Positions 59,089-64,000 of a DNA stretch of 64,000 nucleotides are shown one piece after another (within the stretch, counting starts at the first letter, position 1; each line of letters opens with the position of its first letter). The notes below the pieces were generated by a model, which saw nothing but the letters and a program-made list of their open reading frames with translations, was not told the DNA's origin and searched no databases. The stretch lies in the sequence record NZ_CP085281.1; one strand, given 5' to 3'. The translations under genes and the position numbers were made by a program. Origin of the DNA: a plasmid.

Positions 59089-59337
59089 TCAGGGGCGCAC
59101 CCGGGCGCGCCGTGACGTCGCGTCGTCGATCGGGACCAGGATTTCGGCGTCGGGGTCGTGCTCAACGGCAGTGACGGCCTGGATCTCGCGTTCCAAGCCC
59201 TGGAAGCCGTCGTCGTCGAGTTCGGCGAGCCGGTTCTCCAGGTCCAGCTCCTCGACGTCGGCGCCGGCGGGGACCTGAACGCGGGCTTTGTGTTGGGAGA
59301 TCTCGGTCCATTCGATGAGCACGGTGCGCATGGTCAC
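59089..59337 (-). CDS. hypothetical acidic small protein
   Basis: GTG at 59337 or ATG at 59331. Acidic. Confidence 0.4.
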   Translation of the reverse strand: MTMRTVLIEWTEISQHKARVQVPAGADVEELDLENRLAELDDDGFQGLEREIQAVTAVEHDPDAEILVPIDDATSRRARVRP

Positions 59338-59442
59338 GGCGTTCCCTTCCAGGGTCGGTGACCGGGCCTACAGGCCCGGCCGTGTGGTGTCGCCCATTCG
59401 CGGGCACATCTCAATTCTACTGTCCAGCACCGACACTCGACA

Positions 59443-59931
59443 CTAGCCGCCGTGCCTTCCGAGGCGTCCCGCGGTGCGCAGCAGTGATGCCGCGACCGCG
59501 CGTTGGTAACCGATCCCCGGTGCGGCCTCGAAGGCATCCAGCACGGCGATGTCGGCTAGGCCTGCCTCGTTGAGCGTGCCGACGGCGTCGGTCAGCACCC
59601 GCAGATAGGCTGCCGGCAGCATGGCGACGATCTCGTTCGGAGGGTCGGCGCGGAGCTGGTCGGCGACGTGCGTGGCGGTGATCGAGCCGGGCTGTCCCAT
59701 CCTGAGGTCGTAGGGCGCGACGACAGTCATGGGGTCGACGAGTCCGTGCAGCGCCGACAGGATCGCGACGTTGGCGCTCCCACCGCAGACGCGTGTCGTC
59801 TCGGTCGCTTCGCAGCGGGCTGCAGCCAACATCAGCGCGAAATGTGCGCTGCGGTAGAGCTTCTCGGCTGGGGCGCGATGGTTCAGTTTGGCGGCTCCGC
59901 AGGCCACCACGATCAGCACCTGGGCGCTCAC
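59443..59931 (-). CDS. hypothetical protein (~162 aa)
   Basis: GTG start overlapping the upstream stop (GTGA). 'LIVVACGAAK' N-terminus. Confidence 0.4.
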   Translation of the reverse strand: MSAQVLIVVACGAAKLNHRAPAEKLYRSAHFALMLAAARCEATETTRVCGGSANVAILSALHGLVDPMTVVAPYDLRMGQPGSITATHVADQLRADPPNEIVAMLPAAYLRVLTDAVGTLNEAGLADIAVLDAFEAAPGIGYQRAVAASLLRTAGRLGRHGG

Positions 59932-60230
59932 CGGAAGTCCTTGGAGGCAATGATGGCCGCGGTCAGCGCACGGCACCGCTCGGGGATCGCGACCACGGCG
60001 AGGTCCCCGCAGCGGATCTTGACTTTGCGGCCAGACTTGTCGAGGACCACCCGCACCCAGCCTCCAGGGACGCCGACGACCATGCCGCTGCGTTCCCCGG
60101 CACTGTGCCACTGCGTACCTGGACGGAGGGCCACACGGTCAGCCAGTTGGAATTGGCCAAGCGACGTCGCCCAAGTCAGCTCGCCATCGGGGTCTTGGAC
60201 GGGGGTGTAGAAGCGGTCGTCGAGCGGCAT
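59928..60230 (-). CDS. hypothetical protein (100 aa)
   Basis: Clean ORF, coupled to the downstream gene. Confidence 0.4.
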   Translation of the reverse strand: MPLDDRFYTPVQDPDGELTWATSLGQFQLADRVALRPGTQWHSAGERSGMVVGVPGGWVRVVLDKSGRKVKIRCGDLAVVAIPERCRALTAAIIASKDFR

Positions 60231-60335
60231 GGTGGGCTCCCCTGGTTCGGGTGTGGTGACCGGGCCCGCGGGCCTGGCCGGCTGGTGTGGTCGACGCGCA
60301 TCGCACTGTCGTTGCGACGTGGCCGCTGCCGCTGG

Positions 60336-60662
60336 TTAGGCGGACAGTGAGGACAGCAGGGCGTAGCTGATGGCGTGGTATTGCCGTTCGGTCATGGGCG
60401 CAGGGGTGCCGCTGGCTGGGTCGACGCCCACGACGATCGCGTCGCCGTAGATCATCGGCACGGTGTGAGGCCCGAGGTCACTCACGCTGGGCAGCAGGGT
60501 CATGGCGGCCATGTTGGGTTCGGCATCGGGGTCGGCCGCGGTGCGGTACCAGAGTTCGATGTTGTGCCGTAGCGCAACGGCGGCGGTCTGCGGACGGCTG
60601 GTCGTGGGGTCGATGTCGACGGTCTGCCACCATCCGCTGGCGGTGATGCGAAGTGCGCGCAT
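60336..60662 (-). CDS. hypothetical protein (108 aa)
   Basis: AGGAGGAG RBS immediately upstream of the ATG at 60662. Confidence 0.55.
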   Translation of the reverse strand: MRALRITASGWWQTVDIDPTTSRPQTAAVALRHNIELWYRTAADPDAEPNMAAMTLLPSVSDLGPHTVPMIYGDAIVVGVDPASGTPAPMTERQYHAISYALLSSLSA

Positions 60663-60686
60663 GCTGTCTTCTCCTCCTGAATTGAG

Positions 60687-61034
60687 CGCGATTCTCGGGG
60701 ACGTGTCGTCGCCGCTGCTCAGCGGCGCAGTGGGGTCGCTCCTTCGGTGAGGTCCCTTCGGGGTGTGCCCCCTGCTGCCCGGGTCCGCAATCGCTTGGTG
60801 GCCCGACCGGGGCGGCGAATCGTCATCGTCGCTCGTCTCGGAGCCGGCGCACGTATCGGGCGACGGGGACGTGTCGTCGCCGCTGCTCAGCGGCGCAGTG
60901 GGGTCGCTCCTTCGGTGAGGTCCCTTCGGGGTGTGCCCCCTGCTGCCCGGGTCCGCAATCGCTTGGTGGCCCGACCGGGGCGGCGAATCGTCATCGTCGC
61001 TCGTCTCGGAGCCGGCGCACGTATCGGGCGATGT
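60687..61034 (+). repeat. 178-bp direct tandem duplication (~1.95 copies)
   Basis: Copy 1 is 60687-60864 and copy 2 is 60865-~61034, near-identical. Each copy contains the perfect palindrome 'gccgctgctcagcggc'. Copy 2 includes the last codons of the 60991..61240 gene. Confidence 0.85.
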
Positions 61035-61240
61035 CGTCGACGCGGTCGGCGATCGCGTCGAGATTCCCTTCGATGACGAGGCCGTCGTTCTCTTCGCCGA
61101 GGAACAGTGCCCAGGGCTGAGTTACGGCTTCCGCCGAGGCAGCGTCGTGCACCGGGGTGCCCAACGCCTCTGGGGCGTGTTCGCGGTCCACCAACAGATA
61201 GTTGAGGTGATCGGCGGGGACCAGCCGTGTGGTGGTCACC
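60991..61240 (-). CDS. hypothetical protein (83 aa)
   Basis: GTG at 61240 with GGAGG RBS. GTGA overlap with the upstream gene. Confidence 0.5.
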
Positions 61241-61457
61241 GTGGGACCTCCTGGTCCGCTGCCGCCGCGTCGGTGTCGTCGAGCCACCACTGGCCTTCCT
61301 CTTCGGCGTACTGGCGGTCGGCGCAGTTGCCGCAGGCTCCGTTCCACCCTTCGCCGTCGTCGAGGGAGGCAGTGCAGCCTTCCTCGTAGGGGTCAGAACA
61401 GATGTCGTTGGCATCCAGGTCGTCGACGGCGTTCTCGGTAGCCGGTGTGGTTGTCAT
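61236..61457 (-). CDS. small acidic Cys-containing protein (73 aa)
   Basis: Asp/Glu-rich, with CxxxxC...CxxC. Confidence 0.45.
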   Translation of the reverse strand: MTTTPATENAVDDLDANDICSDPYEEGCTASLDDGEGWNGACGNCADRQYAEEEGQWWLDDTDAAAADQEVPR

Positions 61458-61585
61458 CAGAGCATCCCGGCGAGGTGGTCGGAGTAGATGTCGGCAGCCT
61501 GTGCACGCAAGGCGCGCAGCACGGTGCGGGCATCGTGCGCAGTCAGCATTTCGAGGGAAACGTCCTCGCCGTCAATGCAATACAT
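61457..61585 (-). CDS. putative very small protein (42 aa)
   Basis: ATG at 61585 with GAAGGGTGA RBS. The track ORF extends further upstream. Confidence 0.3.
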   Translation of the reverse strand: MYCIDGEDVSLEMLTAHDARTVLRALRAQAADIYSDHLAGML

Positions 61586-61900
61586 GCTTGATGTCACCCT
61601 TCGGGGGCTCGGTGACCGGGCCCTCGGGCCTGGCCGGTTGGTGTGGCGTCCTCTGTGTGAGTCGCTGCGTTCAGTGTATCGCGGGGATCCGACAGATCCG
61701 GGTGCCGTGATGCGCTCTCGGTCGATTGGCGTGGTCGCGGGGAATGCGGGCGGTTTGGCGTCCATACCAAAGAAGTACCGTCGCCGGGGCCTGTTTCCGT
61801 CGTGGCCGACGGGTCAGACTTCGGCTAGGCCGGTTTGGGTCATCGCACGGGGTGGGCCCGCCTCGGCGCTGCGGGTGAGCACCGGCAGGGTCTGGCGGCC

Positions 61901-62161
61901 TCATGGCCACGGGTCATCCTCCGCCCACCGTTCACCAGCTGCCAGGGGATCGAAGTCGGCGGGTGCCATTTCGGGGTAGCGAGCGCGGATGGCGGCCATC
62001 TTCGGGGCGGTGCGCTCGTAATAGACCTCCCAGTGGTGGTCGCAGCGGCTGTAGTACTCGCCGCTACCTGACAGCGCGGGCCGGGGGAACACCTCACCGC
62101 GGCAGTCCTGGGGACCATCGAGGCAGTCGTCGGTGTCGTGGGTCGTGCTTGCGTCGGGCAT
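61901..62161 (-). CDS. hypothetical small protein (~86 aa)
   Basis: ATG at 62161 with GGAAGGA RBS. Confidence 0.45.
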   Translation of the reverse strand: MPDASTTHDTDDCLDGPQDCRGEVFPRPALSGSGEYYSRCDHHWEVYYERTAPKMAAIRARYPEMAPADFDPLAAGERWAEDDPWP

Positions 62162-62300
62162 TGCGTGATCCTTCCATCGGTGACCTGCCCCTCGGGGACG
62201 GCCGGTTATGTTGTGCGACTGCGCTTCCGCTTCTATAGACCAACGGTAGCAACGGCCTCCGACACCGCCACTCCGGAAGCGAACCTGTCTGTTGTCTCTG

Positions 62301-62936
62301 TCAGGAGCGTCGGTATGTGGACTCGAGTTCGAGGGGCTCGCCGGTTTGGGCCGCGGTGCGGATCTTGGCCAGGGCCGTGGTGGTGATGCCGGTATCCCGG
62401 TCTGCGGGGTCGACGTCGAGGCAGCCCAGGATGGTGTACAGCTCGTCGTCGGATAGGTCGCCGGCCCGGTGCAAGGTGATCGCACCTATGAGGGCTTCGA
62501 GCATGACGCGCTCTTCGGGCGCGTACTTCGAGAATTCGGCGCCGGCCCACGCCATCGGTTCGTCATTGGCGCGGCTGAGCCGCTTGAGTGCGCCGTCCAC
62601 ATCGCCGCGGAAGCGGCGCACGAAGACCGCATCGTCGTCGCTGAGGTCGGGGTTGGCCAGTTCGGCTTCGGCGTCGGTGAGCCACCGTTCGAGCATGGCG
62701 TAGACACCTTTGCGGTCGGCGAACGCGATTGCCCGCCAGAAGGTCCGGAACGCGCCCATGTAGCGCTTGTCCTTGGGGTGGCGGGGCACCAAGTGGGACC
62801 GAATCACGATGTCGCCGTTCTTGGATTTGGCGACCTTGCCTACCCAGGATGGGGTGAGTCGACCCTCGGGGAACTCCACCGGTGTTGCTGGCGGGAACCA
62901 GGGCTGCTCCGGCGAGTACACGCGGTTATCGGTCAT
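62301..62936 (-). CDS. hypothetical protein (~211 aa)
   Basis: ATG at 62936 preceded by AAAGGAG. Confidence 0.55.
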   Translation of the reverse strand: MTDNRVYSPEQPWFPPATPVEFPEGRLTPSWVGKVAKSKNGDIVIRSHLVPRHPKDKRYMGAFRTFWRAIAFADRKGVYAMLERWLTDAEAELANPDLSDDDAVFVRRFRGDVDGALKRLSRANDEPMAWAGAEFSKYAPEERVMLEALIGAITLHRAGDLSDDELYTILGCLDVDPADRDTGITTTALAKIRTAAQTGEPLELESTYRRS

Positions 62937-63063
62937 GACAGGGGCTCCTTTGGTATGGGCTGGGTGTGCTGCCGGCGGCAGTGCTGCCGTGCAACCACGC
63001 TGGGTGCAGGGCCGACGGCATGTCCCCCGGCGCTGCATAGATGGTGGGCGGCGGGTGTGGTGG

Positions 63064-63540
63064 TCATAGCAGCCCCGCAGGGCTGAGGTGGATGCCGAGC
63101 ACGATGCCGACCAGTAGCGCGAGCACCATCAGGGCGGTGGCCAGCGCGGTCGCTGCGGGGGGCCAGTGGCGGAGGTTCAGGGGCGAGGGCGCGGTACGGA
63201 TCCAGTAGTTCAGCGTGGCGCGCAGCGCGTCGGGGTGGGTGGGTGAGTGCTCCATGGCTGTGCGGACCCACTGCCAGCGCACGCCTTGGTTCAGCATGAC
63301 CGCCGCGACCTGGGCGCGCAGGACGTCGGTGTCGCTGAAGCGCCGCCCTGGGGCGCCGGGTCTGTCGCTGGGGCCGCCAGGCCGTAGGAGTTCGGCGATG
63401 ATCGGCCCGGGGAGGCCGACGCGGATCGCGATTTCTTCTTCTGTCAGATGCATGCGTGGGTTCCCATCCGGGTTGTGGGACTGGGTACGCGTACCCGGCC
63501 GATTGTTGTCGTTGTGTGCCGTGAAGGCTTCGTTGATCAC
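63064..63540 (-). CDS. HTH protein with C-terminal TM segment
   Basis: 'MHLTEEEIAIRVGLPGPIIAEL' MerR/excisionase-like HTH. Hydrophobic C-terminus 'ALATALMVLALLVGIVLGI'. Start may be the ATG at 63453. Confidence 0.45.
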   Translation of the reverse strand: MINEAFTAHNDNNRPGTRTQSHNPDGNPRMHLTEEEIAIRVGLPGPIIAELLRPGGPSDRPGAPGRRFSDTDVLRAQVAAVMLNQGVRWQWVRTAMEHSPTHPDALRATLNYWIRTAPSPLNLRHWPPAATALATALMVLALLVGIVLGIHLSPAGLL

Positions 63541-63565
63541 TGTACTGAGTGGTTTCTCCGGGCCG

Positions 63566-63775
63566 TCAGGTGAGGGTGTCGGCCGGTTTGATCGTTTCGA
63601 GGTGGGCGCAGATCTGATCGAGCGTGGGCAGGCTCAGGTCGGCCCATCGTGCGCTGCCGCCGTCGCCGAAGTCGATCCAGACCGTTCCAGTGGGTTCCGG
63701 TACTCCCGCCGCATCCGCGGAGGGTCCAGGCTTGCTGTCGACGGCGGAGAGATGCGATGTGGAGGTTGTATCCAT
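63566..63775 (-). CDS. hypothetical small protein (69 aa)
   Basis: Small ORF continuing the operon. Confidence 0.3.
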   Translation of the reverse strand: MDTTSTSHLSAVDSKPGPSADAAGVPEPTGTVWIDFGDGGSARWADLSLPTLDQICAHLETIKPADTLT

Positions 63776-64000
63776 TGTGGGGCTTCCTTTTTCGGTGGTG
63801 GGCCGGACTCTCGTGCCTGGCCGTATGGGTGACTCTTGCGCTTGTCGACTGTAGTGGTGGGCACCGACATTTGAGCCGCTGTCTAGTCGAGGATGCTCAA
63901 GGTGATGATGGTGCGCACGGTGAAGACGCGGGTGATGTCACCGTTCCAGTCGACCAAGATCTGCTGCGCAATTTGCTCGCCGAGGATCTCCTTCTGGGTG

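Noticed and set aside
1-64000. Search for tRNA, rRNA and CRISPR arrays
   Set aside because: No cloverleaf-compatible conserved tRNA motifs, no rRNA-like stretches and no regularly spaced short repeats were seen. The repeats found are IS termini, the 11-bp iteron and the 178-bp duplication.

Overview
This window is high-GC, actinobacterial (Mycobacterium-like) accessory DNA. It is densely coding on both strands and heavily colonised by mobile elements. I found no rRNA, tRNA or CRISPR array.

First ~15 kb (left arm), mostly housekeeping-like:
- a WGR-domain ATP-dependent DNA ligase;
- a signalling cluster: a Hanks-type Ser/Thr kinase fused to a FecB-like periplasmic binding domain, an FHA plus double-HTH regulator, and a PknH-like sensor lipoprotein;
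- an orphan WhiA paralog;
- an NlpC/P60 peptidase, a metallophosphoesterase and an excisionase-like HTH.

15.9-20.8 kb: a tight minus-strand operon of about nine small acidic hypothetical proteins joined by ATGA/GTGA overlaps.

21.4-33.1 kb: an insertion-sequence graveyard.
- an IS256/IS1081-like element;
- an intact IS21-family element (istA and istB with multi-repeat ends) sitting next to an older IS21 remnant;
- an IS3-family element with an A-AAA-AAG slippery site and terminal inverted repeats;
- two IS110-family transposase fragments;
- an AurF-like diiron oxygenase.

Two multi-gene tyrosine-recombinase modules with a Tn554-like tnpA-tnpB-tnpC architecture:
- 33.05-38.9 kb: A-B-C plus a small HTH/coiled-coil protein, all ATGA-coupled;
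- 52.6-57.0 kb: A'-B'-D'.

The most striking observation concerns the second module. It lies inside an approximately 11.9 kb segment (46546..58433) bounded by ~17 bp imperfect inverted repeats. That segment splits a HerA/DUF87-like ATPase gene carrying C-terminal tandem winged-helix domains. Joining the two halves restores a consensus Walker-B 'LIIEEADEFAP'.

Other points of note:
- an inverted pair of paralogous genes at 13.9 and 39-40.6 kb;
- a frameshifted tandem zinc-ribbon gene;
- an 11-bp x3 iteron next to a 27-aa ORF;
- a 178-bp tandem duplication at 60.7-61.0 kb;
- a further one-strand operon of small genes at 59-63.5 kb.
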